64,000 nucleotides of DNA from an uncultured Pseudomonadota bacterium (lineage in GTDB: Bacteria > Pseudomonadota > Alphaproteobacteria > RF32 > CAG-239), in the NCBI GenBank assembly GCA_902763905.1, contig CACWUA010000005.1, positions 7,373 through 71,372 of the forward strand. Reading direction: 5' to 3'. A model generated the notes under the pieces. It did not search any database. It was not told the DNA's origin and saw only the letters and a program-made list of their open reading frames with translations. Shown one piece after another: positions 9,781 to 17,470 of the stretch; the stretch's first letter is position 1, and the number at the start of each line of letters is the position of its first letter. Both the position numbers and the translations under genes were made by a program.

Positions 9781-10515
9781 ATGTATAGTGAGCGGTTTCA
9801 GCAATTTATTGAAATGTGGCGCAAAGATTTTGCCATTGAACGCAGCATGAACGAAAAAGTTTGCGTTGATCGCGACGGCAATCCGATTCCGTGGTATACA
9901 TATCCGGCGATTGAGTATATATCGCAATTTGATTACAGCACCAAAAAAGTGTTTGAATATGGCACCGGATATTCCTCAATGTATTGGGCCAAACGTGCAC
10001 AAAAGGTTGTCAGTATTGAAGATAAACCGGAGTGGTTTGCAAAGTTTCGGCAGGAATTTTCTGCTCCGAATTGGCAAATGCGCTATTGCGACGAAAAACA
10101 GGGCTATGAAGATACGATTTTTGCCGACGGCGAAAAATACGACGTTATTGTGATTGACGGCAAACGTCGCGCCGAATGCGCCGCTTGTGCGGTCAAAGCG
10201 TTGGCAAAAGGCGGAATGATAATTTTAGATGACAGTGACCGTGTCAACACCAGTTTAGAGTATCAGGGAGCGGTTAAAAATTTACGTGATGCCAATTTAT
10301 TGCAGGTTGATTTTTATGGTTTTTGCCCGATGAACAACTACACAAAGGCTTCCTCGATTTTCTTTTCGCGCGACTTTGATTTTGAATCGCTTTATACGGT
10401 GCAACCGATTAACGGCCTAGGTAATATCTGGTCAATGAGCCGCCGTGAACGCAAACAATTTTTCAAAAAACAGGAGTGGCCATTGCCGGATGACACCGAG
10501 CAAACGGATGAATAA
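9781..10515 (+). CDS. putative class I SAM-dependent methyltransferase
   Basis: Motif I-like FEYGTGYSSMYWA and acidic strand-2 end VVSIED. Post-I/III-like YDVIVIDGKRR...GGMIILDD. Confidence 0.5.
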   Translation: MYSERFQQFIEMWRKDFAIERSMNEKVCVDRDGNPIPWYTYPAIEYISQFDYSTKKVFEYGTGYSSMYWAKRAQKVVSIEDKPEWFAKFRQEFSAPNWQMRYCDEKQGYEDTIFADGEKYDVIVIDGKRRAECAACAVKALAKGGMIILDDSDRVNTSLEYQGAVKNLRDANLLQVDFYGFCPMNNYTKASSIFFSRDFDFESLYTVQPINGLGNIWSMSRRERKQFFKKQEWPLPDDTEQTDE

Positions 10516-10621
10516 TTAAGTGCAAAAAGAGCGAACGCCATTAATTCCGTAAATTTTTAATCTCAAAATAAGATTTTTCATTTTATACACAGATTTATTT
10601 TATATTTTTCTTATTTTAAAC

Positions 10622-10650
10622 TTGACAATCATTTTGTTTTATATTACAGT
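10622..10650 (+). promoter_or_regulatory. candidate sigma70-type promoter upstream of the toxin-like gene
   Basis: TTGACA (10622-10627), a 17-nt spacer, then TACAGT (10645-10650), in a 300-nt AT-rich leader. Confidence 0.25.
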
Positions 10651-10820
10651 ACACAATACCAAAATAGTATATTTCTAAAAAATTTGCAACGGTTTTAACA
10701 CTTCTGCAATTTGATTATGCGTCCGCGCACAATAAGAAATATATGATTTTGGTGCTATTTTAACAACAAAATTTGGAGATAAAGAATGAACGTGAGAAAT
10801 TCAAATAAAAGGAGGCAACC

Positions 10821-12026
10821 ATGGATATATGGGATGAAATAAAAAAACTGTCCGGATATCAATCCGGAAACGGCGGAGTGGATAGTTACGGGGTTGACCA
10901 CAGCGGATTTTCAACCCGTGATGAGTTGGAATATCAAAGCGCGCGGTTGGCAAGAGAAAATCAACTGGCGGAGAATTTCAGCAAGCAAGGGATAGCCGAA
11001 GAAAACTACCCGCAGTTTGGCACTAACTTCTGGGGCGGTTCGCCTGAAAACAACTACGGTTTCGGCACTTCAAACATTAGGCAAAACATTGAAAACGTAA
11101 CAAATCAGTTGAACAATGGCGGATTTAGTGGCGGAATGAATGGCGGCGAATTTAACTCCGTCGCAAATAGCGGGCAAGTCACTACAAATTCCGACTATAC
11201 GGTCAATACCGAAAGCCTAGTCGGTAAACCGAGCAGTTATTTTCAGAATAATGGTGCGACTTATCCGCAGCAATCACCGACAGTCCAAAATGTCAGCAAT
11301 TATAATAACATTGATGCGCAAAAACAGGCACAAATATTACAAGCACAGCGTAATGCGGTCAATCAGATTTTGATGAACGGTATGGATGTGTTGTATGGAA
11401 TGAACCGAACCATAAACGGAATGACATTTGGCGGTTTGGACTATCTGGGGCAAAAATTCGGATTTGATTCACAGATGAACAATTATTTGCAGCTAAAAAA
11501 TCCGCAAGAACGTGAACTGGCGCAAAATGTCGGGCAACTTATCGGTTACGGAGGAAGTGCCTTAGTCGGCGGAGCATTGGCTAAAGCCGGATTGAATCAA
11601 GCAAATATTGCGTATAATGGCTATAAAATCGGTAAGAAATACGACCAACTTACTGATAATCCGTTTCAAGGCAATGGAACTGATGTTGTTGCTCGGATGA
11701 AGAATCATAACGGTGAACCGGTTGTTTTGCAACGCGGAGAAGCCATACAAGGGCCGAATGGTGAAGTAATAGTTCATGGTAAGACTTTAGAAAGAGAAAC
11801 CGGAACACTGCGTAATTATGGTCTGGATAAAGGAATATATCGTCATAATATCAATCGTTCTGATGCACAAAGAATTCCGAGAATTATTCAAAACAAACCT
11901 ACAAGTATAAGTCCACGTGGACAGTATATTTATAATGCGTATAGCAAAAATGGAAATTTTCAGGTTGTTACTTCACCTACAAAAAGCGGAACAACTATAT
12001 CATCAACATATTATTTAAAAAAATAA
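10821..12026 (+). CDS. full-length polymorphic-toxin/bacteriocin-like protein (401 aa): G/N/Q/S-rich N-terminal region, variable C-terminal domain
   Basis: Strong RBS AAAGGAGG at 10808-10815. No signal peptide. Residues 62-100 and 93-144 are repeated at the 5' ends of the two downstream cassettes. The C-terminal ~120 aa (GLDKGIYRHNINRSDAQRIPRIIQNKP...FQVVTSP) loosely resembles Barnase/EndoU/ColicinE5-D/RelE-like nuclease (PBECR) modules. Confidence 0.7.
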   Translation: MDIWDEIKKLSGYQSGNGGVDSYGVDHSGFSTRDELEYQSARLARENQLAENFSKQGIAEENYPQFGTNFWGGSPENNYGFGTSNIRQNIENVTNQLNNGGFSGGMNGGEFNSVANSGQVTTNSDYTVNTESLVGKPSSYFQNNGATYPQQSPTVQNVSNYNNIDAQKQAQILQAQRNAVNQILMNGMDVLYGMNRTINGMTFGGLDYLGQKFGFDSQMNNYLQLKNPQERELAQNVGQLIGYGGSALVGGALAKAGLNQANIAYNGYKIGKKYDQLTDNPFQGNGTDVVARMKNHNGEPVVLQRGEAIQGPNGEVIVHGKTLERETGTLRNYGLDKGIYRHNINRSDAQRIPRIIQNKPTSISPRGQYIYNAYSKNGNFQVVTSPTKSGTTISSTYYLKK

Positions 12027-12028
12027 AC

Positions 12029-12057
12029 GAAAGCCCTCAATGAGGGCTTTCCTCTTT
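12029..12057 (+). terminator. rho-independent terminator after the full-length toxin-like gene
   Basis: Perfect 10-bp stem GAAAGCCCTC/GAGGGCTTTC with an AAT loop, followed by a CTCTTT tract, 3 nt after the stop codon. Confidence 0.7.
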
Positions 12058-12320
12058 CAATCCCTCAACAAAGCTAGCTCTCGGTCAAGGATACAAACAG
12101 GCGATTAACAATTTCGTTCCTATATGTGAAAGAGTTTTTCCTATCTTTCTGTCAACGGTTCATGTTGCGCAGAAGATACAACAATAGGCGATTAAAATCT
12201 TTCATTCCTATTGGAGGAAAATACCTTAAGGTGTTTTGAATATAACACATTTTTGGTAAATGTCAATACATAAATTGAAAAATATTCTAAATATATACTT
12301 AAAGTTATATTTAAAAGTGA

Positions 12321-13103
12321 AACTATCCTATATACGGCACCAATTTTTGGGGTGGTTCGGCCGAAAATAACTACGGCTTTGGCACTTCCAATATTAAGCA
12401 AAATATTGAAAATGTTACAAATCGGTTGAACAACGGTTTTAGCAACACAGGTGTGCAAAATAATGCTCAGCAACTACAAATGCCTGCCGGAACGCAACAA
12501 CAAATAACCATGCCGAGTTATGAACTACAACAAAAGATGCAACAACCAAGTACTTGGGATAAAGTTAAAAACGCAGCGAATAATTTTGCCGGAGGAACGG
12601 AGGCTTTTTCGGTTGGTTATGCTACCGGTGCAACATTAGGAAACTTTGATGAAGAAATGGGAGCGGCAACTGCGGCTGTTACATTAAACCCAAATAATTA
12701 TAGTATGGGACGTGATGCAATCAGGCAGTTGCAAAATGATTTACAACAGCAGCATCCGTGGGCTTATGGGGTTGGTGAATTTACCGGCGCAATGACCACT
12801 CCGATGCATTTGGTAAAAGGGGACAATTTCAAACAGAAAGCGTTTAATGCCTTTACTGATACCTTAAATGCTTCCGCCGGATATGCCGAAAATTGGAACG
12901 ATTTTGGGACTAATCTGGCGGTAAACGGAGCGGCTAATATAATTGGGTTAAAAGCAGAACAATTACCATTATGGAGAGCATCGGGAAGACCTCTCGTGCA
13001 ATTTGGTAAAAAATTTATCAAGCAAGGAATAAATTCTTCTGCTGACAAAATGAAAAATATGCATTATAAGAAAGATGAAGACGAGGAAGAATACTACTAT
13101 TAG
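12321..13103 (+). CDS. start-less (orphan/silent) toxin cassette 2: conserved N-block fused to a distinct Gly/Ala-rich C-terminal domain
   Basis: Frame opens directly after an in-frame TGA (12318-12320) and encodes NYPIYGTNFWGGSAENNYGFGTSNIKQNIENVTNRLNNG, matching residues 62-100 of the 10821 gene. No ATG or RBS; the only start-like codon is the conserved Leu TTG at 12426. The C-terminus is unrelated, rich in small residues, with an acidic KKDEDEEEYYY tail. Confidence 0.6.
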   Translation, partial: NYPIYGTNFWGGSAENNYGFGTSNIKQNIENVTNRLNNGFSNTGVQNNAQQLQMPAGTQQQITMPSYELQQKMQQPSTWDKVKNAANNFAGGTEAFSVGYATGATLGNFDEEMGAATAAVTLNPNNYSMGRDAIRQLQNDLQQQHPWAYGVGEFTGAMTTPMHLVKGDNFKQKAFNAFTDTLNASAGYAENWNDFGTNLAVNGAANIIGLKAEQLPLWRASGRPLVQFGKKFIKQGINSSADKMKNMHYKKDEDEEEYYY

Positions 13104-13127
13104 TAAAATATAGCAAAGGAACAGAAT

Positions 13128-13472
13128 ATGGGGAAAAAGGTTATTATTTCTAGAGTTAATAAAGTTGTGTGGAGTATATTAAATTATGGATTAATAACCT
13201 TAATATACTTTGGTTTATTATTAATTTATTTACTTCATCACATAGTGCCTTTTTTTCCTATTCTGTTCTTGTTTGATTCTTGTTTTGTAGTTGGCTATCC
13301 GCTATTTTTGCGATATGTTCTAAAGCGAAAGTGGTTTGAGTGTACGAAAGATGATTATTTAGAATTAAAATACATTTCGATACCTTGGTTGATAATGGAA
13401 CTCGTAGTATTGTTATATTATAACAAAGCAACGTATTTTATAATCAAGACTGCTATGGAAAACAGCAACTAA
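13128..13472 (+). CDS. small polytopic membrane protein, candidate immunity protein for cassette 2
   Basis: Starts 24 nt after the cassette stop, RBS AAAGGAA. 114 aa with 3-4 hydrophobic helices. Confidence 0.55.
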   Translation: MGKKVIISRVNKVVWSILNYGLITLIYFGLLLIYLLHHIVPFFPILFLFDSCFVVGYPLFLRYVLKRKWFECTKDDYLELKYISIPWLIMELVVLLYYNKATYFIIKTAMENSN

Positions 13473-13517
13473 TAAATTGAAAAATATGTATTGCTATTAG
13501 TAAAAAAGGAACAGAAT

Positions 13518-13867
13518 ATGGAAAAAGAGGTTATTACCAAAGAAATAAAAGAGTTAACCTTGAAAGCAATAAATGCTATTCTTTCTATATTCTATATATT
13601 TGGTTTATTTACTATTTTAGCATTTCATGTAATAGCGCCTTTTTTCCTATTCTGTTCTTGTTTGATTTTTGTTTTTTAATCGGGTATCCGCTATTTTTGC
13701 GATACGTTCTAAAGCGAAAGTGGTTTGAGTGTACGAAAGATGATTACCTTTGTATAAGATATATTATGCTTCCATTGATAATTATTGAATTAGCCGTTCT
13801 GTTATGCTACCCGCATGAAACAATTATGGCAATTGACTTTTTGGCAGAAAGTGATTTCCTGAATTAA
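13518..13867 (+). pseudogene. frameshifted paralogue of the 13128 membrane (immunity-like) gene
   Basis: The leader and the block FFPILFLFD.CF..GYPLFLRYVLKRKWFECTKDDYL are shared with the upstream copy. The reading frame breaks because a T7 run (13250-13256 in copy 1) is T6 here (13640-13645). The two halves are ORFs 13491..13679 and 13658..13867. Confidence 0.6.
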
Positions 13868-13993
13868 CAGATGAATCATGTTAAAAAATCTCTAAAATGT
13901 TAAACAATGTGGCGAATCTGCACAAAGTTTAACATTTTTTTATTTTCTGTATTTTGCTCATTTTCAAAAGTGCGGATTTTGGGTAATATCTGA

Positions 13994-14692
13994 GAATGCA
14001 TTACAAATCAGTTGAACAACAGCGGATTTAATAATGGCGCAAATAATGGCCAAGTTTTTGCCAATTCCGACTATACAGTCAACACCGAAAGCTTAGTCGG
14101 CAAACCAAGCAGTTATTTTCAGAATAACAACTCTGTTTTTGTAAATAACAACGCTGGAGGTTTCGGAAATAATAAAACAAGCGGCGCTAATACAACAATA
14201 GGGCAACAGAATAATAATGTAGGAAGTAATAATTCTATTGTTCAAAGTATTACTGCATTAAATCCTATTAGTGCCGGTTATCAAATCGGACAGAAAATTG
14301 GTGAATTTGCTGCTGATACAAAGTTAGCATATGATTATTGGCAAAAGATGAATCAAACAGGAAACCAACTTGTTACAACGTTCGGTTCCGGACAAGGTGC
14401 TGATATAGATAATTATTACCATCCATTATTACAGTGCGAATTAGCAAAAATAAGTCCGCAAAGTCGAAATAATGGTATTGCTTTGGGTTATGCCAAAGAG
14501 TATCTTATGGATTATCCTAAAAAGAGGTTTTTACAACACCAAAGCCATGATGAAATTATGAAAGATAGTCGAAAAGACTTGCAAAACAATCTTTATGGTA
14601 GTAACTTAGGATATAATAATCCAAACAGAAGCTGTGAGGATTTACTGGATGACAGAAGAACACCTAATATGCGCAAATTAGGCATAAGGTGA
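13994..14692 (+). CDS. start-less (orphan/silent) toxin cassette 3: conserved N-block fused to a serum-amyloid-A-like C-terminal domain
   Basis: Frame opens directly after an in-frame TGA (13991-13993). It encodes ITNQLNNSGF...NSDYTVNTESLVGKPSSYFQNN, matching residues 93-144 of the 10821 gene. The C-terminal ~135 aa align by eye with vertebrate SAA (AYDYWQKM / DNYYHPLLQCELAKISP / KDSRKDLQNNLYGSNLG versus RAYSDMREA / DKYFHARGNYDAAKRGP / EDSLADQAANEWGRSG). Confidence 0.55.
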   Translation, partial: ECITNQLNNSGFNNGANNGQVFANSDYTVNTESLVGKPSSYFQNNNSVFVNNNAGGFGNNKTSGANTTIGQQNNNVGSNNSIVQSITALNPISAGYQIGQKIGEFAADTKLAYDYWQKMNQTGNQLVTTFGSGQGADIDNYYHPLLQCELAKISPQSRNNGIALGYAKEYLMDYPKKRFLQHQSHDEIMKDSRKDLQNNLYGSNLGYNNPNRSCEDLLDDRRTPNMRKLGIR

Positions 14693-14752
14693 TTATCAAG
14701 TGATATAGAGGGTGTTAACATCATCTAATGCCCTCTATATTTAATACGTGGA

Positions 14753-14965
14753 ATGTATAAAATGAAGAAAAATATATTAGAATCGATCTTATATGTATTT
14801 TATAAATGCGCATTGTACTTTATTGTAGCGGCTTTTACTGTTGTTCTTTTTATACAAATATTCTACATTTATGAAGAAAAGAAATTTATAGAGGACTGTG
14901 TTAAAGAAGGAGATACACAAGAGCATTGTCAAAGTATTTGGTCTGAGATAGATGTCTTAAATTAA
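14753..14965 (+). CDS. small single-TM protein with C-terminal CxxxxxxxC motif, candidate immunity protein
   Basis: 70 aa, one hydrophobic helix, then FIEDCVKEGDTQEHCQSIW. Paralogous to the next ORF. Confidence 0.5.
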   Translation: MYKMKKNILESILYVFYKCALYFIVAAFTVVLFIQIFYIYEEKKFIEDCVKEGDTQEHCQSIWSEIDVLN

Positions 14966-14982
14966 GGTAGAGGAAGATTGTG

Positions 14983-15183
14983 ATGAGCTTATTCAAAGAT
15001 ATATCAACAGACGTTATTAAACTATTGTACTGGATTGGGTTCTTTATTGCGTTATTTTTTATTGCAACTACAGCTTTTTATTATTGGGATTTCTATATAA
15101 ATTTGGAACAAAATACAAAATTTATTCAAGAATGTATGGATGAAGGTAATAGTGAAGAAGTCTGTAAAGGCAGAGTTTATTGA
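14983..15183 (+). CDS. small single-TM protein, paralogue of 14753..14965
   Basis: RBS GAGGAAG before ATG 14983. One TM helix, then FIQECMDEGNSEEVCKG, the same architecture as the upstream ORF. Confidence 0.5.
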   Translation: MSLFKDISTDVIKLLYWIGFFIALFFIATTAFYYWDFYINLEQNTKFIQECMDEGNSEEVCKGRVY

Positions 15184-15260
15184 ACTTCGAGGACATAGCA
15201 AACAAAATAACTTTACCTCTCAAAGAAAAATACAAAAAAGGTTGGTAATTAAAATAATAG

Positions 15261-15294
15261 GCAAGAGTTGAAATATACTCTTGCTCTTTTTTTA
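15261..15294 (+). terminator. rho-independent terminator closing the toxin/immunity cluster
   Basis: Stem GCAAGAGT/ACTCTTGC (15261-15268/15277-15284) followed by CTTTTTTTATTT. Confidence 0.75.
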
Positions 15295-15339
15295 TTTACA
15301 CTGTATTATATTCTTAATTCAACTTAAAATGGTGCAATT

Positions 15340-15690
15340 ATGCCTAAAAATTTACTTCTGATGATGAAAAATAATAAAGAAAAAACGGCTCACCTCTGTT
15401 TTTGGGGAATGCTGTGCTTCAATTTATTATGTTTGAGTTTGACAATTTATACTATATTCACCTATGACGGTGGAACGGAAAATGCGAAAGTTTATTACGA
15501 AATTCGCGATATTAATATGGCGCACAATACATTTTCCGGTTTTATATTGAGCGAATATTTATCCGGTTTGTTGTTTGCATTTCCGCTGATTATATCGTGG
15601 CTATTTGTGCGCAAAATTACATTAAATGCGGTTATGTTGCAACTCTTGCCGGTTTTGGTTATTCTCGGTCAAATAGTGTTTTTTGATTAA
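15340..15690 (+). CDS. hypothetical polytopic membrane protein (116 aa)
   Basis: ORF with 3 hydrophobic segments and no recognisable motif. Confidence 0.45.
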   Translation: MPKNLLLMMKNNKEKTAHLCFWGMLCFNLLCLSLTIYTIFTYDGGTENAKVYYEIRDINMAHNTFSGFILSEYLSGLLFAFPLIISWLFVRKITLNAVMLQLLPVLVILGQIVFFD

Positions 15691-15714
15691 ATTCATAAAC
15701 AACGGAGTTGTAAA

Positions 15715-16287
15715 ATGGTAACAAAAGAAAGAATATATATGACATTTAAATATCTCGGGTGTTTTCTTGCATACAATATTTTATTGTGGACCGTGATATG
15801 GCTCATTGCCGAATTAGACCAAGACAAACTTGAGCTGATTGATTGCTTTGCGTTCGAATACGGATACATTACAAAAACACACAGTTATCAAAGTTATTTG
15901 CAAGGAGCTTGCACCTACCCGCAAATATGCACATGTGCCGTAAATGCCGAATGGATATTGTTTTTCTATATTTGGGCTTTGCCGATTTTTGTTTTTTATG
16001 AGTTTTTTCGGCGCAAAATCATTCCGTCGCAATATACCTATTTGTTTGTTTTTGGCGAAATTGCTTTTTGGTCGGTTATATGTTTTTTCTGCCAAGACAG
16101 CGCACCTTTTTTATGGTTTCCGCTCGGTAATACTTACAAAATCATCGCACCGATGGCGATTATTATGCTTGCATTACACAGCTTGCCACCCAAAGTGCTT
16201 AAAGTGCTGTCTATAATTATCGGCACGATTTACGGGTTATATTTTGGGTTCTGTATAGCAATGATTATTCCTAACTTTTTCCGATAA
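15715..16287 (+). CDS. hypothetical polytopic membrane protein (190 aa)
   Basis: ORF with about 5 hydrophobic segments, 24 nt after the previous ORF. No recognisable motif. Confidence 0.5.
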   Translation: MVTKERIYMTFKYLGCFLAYNILLWTVIWLIAELDQDKLELIDCFAFEYGYITKTHSYQSYLQGACTYPQICTCAVNAEWILFFYIWALPIFVFYEFFRRKIIPSQYTYLFVFGEIAFWSVICFFCQDSAPFLWFPLGNTYKIIAPMAIIMLALHSLPPKVLKVLSIIIGTIYGLYFGFCIAMIIPNFFR

Positions 16288-16290
16288 AAG

Positions 16291-16312
16291 AAGGAGGCTC
16301 TTTAGCCTCCTT
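16291..16312. terminator. bidirectional hairpin between convergent genes
   Basis: Stem AAGGAGGCT/AGCCTCCTT with a 4-nt loop, between the 16287 (+) and 16364 (-) gene ends. Confidence 0.5.
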
Positions 16313-16363
16313 TACGTTTGCCGGTGGAATAAGATTTTTCTTTTTATATAGAACCGTCCGACC

Positions 16364-17386
16364 TCAGCCGATTCTTTGAATGATTTTTTGCGCGATTTCT
16401 TCATAAGCCTCGGTGTGCGGACTATCCGGATTTTCCGCCACAATCGGCGTACCGGCATCAGAAGTGCGGCGGATTTCCGGCTCCAAAGGAATGGCACCCA
16501 AAAATGTTTCGCCCATATTTTCCGCCGTTTGTTTGGCGCCGTTATGCCCGAAGATATCCACACGCTCGCCACAATGCGGACAAATAAAATAACTCATATT
16601 TTCAATAATTCCCAACACCGGAGTGCCGGTCTTTTTGAACATATTTACCCCTTTAATCGCGTCTATCAGCGCAATATCCTGCGGGGTAGAAACAATTACG
16701 ATGCCGGCAAAATCCACGCGTTGCGACAGCGTAATCAAAATATCGCCCGTCCCCGGAGGCATATCAATCACCATAATATCAATCTCACCCCATTCGGTTT
16801 GCGTCATCAGCTGTTCAATGGCACCGCAGGCTTTGGCACCGCGCCATATCAGGGGTGTGTTACGGTCAATCAGCGAACCGACGGAGATTGATTTTATGCC
16901 GCATTCACGAAACGGCTGAAAATTTTTGCCGTCATTCGAAATCAGCGGCGCCCCCTCATAGCCGAGCATTGTCGGGATTGACGGGCCGTAAATGTCGGCA
17001 TCAATCAATGCTACGTTTTTGCCACAGTCAGCCAGCGCCAAAGCCAGATTTACCGCGGTGGTGGACTTGCCGACACCGCCTTTGCCCGAAGCTACGCCGA
17101 TTATTTTTCTGACACCGGCTATTTGCCATTTTTCGATGGCCTGAACGCCGAGATTGCTGTTTTTTTCTTCCACAAACAATATCGATATTTTATATTCCGG
17201 AAATAATGACGAAAGTTCCTGTTTTAGCTGCGTGCTGAGTCCGGAATTTTCTGCCAGATTACCATACTCGACAATTATTCTTTTGCCGATTATTTTGACA
17301 TCGGTGATATTATGCTGCGGGTAGTATTTTGCTGCAATCTCTAAGATTTTTTCTGTGGATACTTCGGTCATATTATTAACTCCCAT
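16364..17386 (-). CDS. apbC: Mrp/ApbC-type Fe-S cluster carrier ATPase
   Basis: Deviant Walker A SGKGGVGKSTTAVNLA, the CPHCG motif, and an N-terminal DUF59-like segment. Confidence 0.9.
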   Translation of the reverse strand: MGVNNMTEVSTEKILEIAAKYYPQHNITDVKIIGKRIIVEYGNLAENSGLSTQLKQELSSLFPEYKISILFVEEKNSNLGVQAIEKWQIAGVRKIIGVASGKGGVGKSTTAVNLALALADCGKNVALIDADIYGPSIPTMLGYEGAPLISNDGKNFQPFRECGIKSISVGSLIDRNTPLIWRGAKACGAIEQLMTQTEWGEIDIMVIDMPPGTGDILITLSQRVDFAGIVIVSTPQDIALIDAIKGVNMFKKTGTPVLGIIENMSYFICPHCGERVDIFGHNGAKQTAENMGETFLGAIPLEPEIRRTSDAGTPIVAENPDSPHTEAYEEIAQKIIQRIG

Positions 17387-17470
17387 GTGGATATTTCGGA
17401 TAGTTGATTGTATTTATTTATCAGATGGATTATCTTAAGACAACAAAAATATTTTTATAAAGGAAAGAAA

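Noticed and set aside
10786-10842. 18-codon upstream ORF (MNVRNSNKRRQPWIYGMK) with a GGAGA RBS, overlapping the toxin-gene start
   Set aside because: It could be a leader peptide. A single short ORF in an AT-rich leader cannot be supported without conservation or ribosome-profiling data.
12192-12473. 93-aa minus-strand ORF between the toxin gene and cassette 2
   Set aside because: It overlaps the conserved 5' block of cassette 2 on the opposite strand and has no RBS. The plus-strand frame shows the homology.
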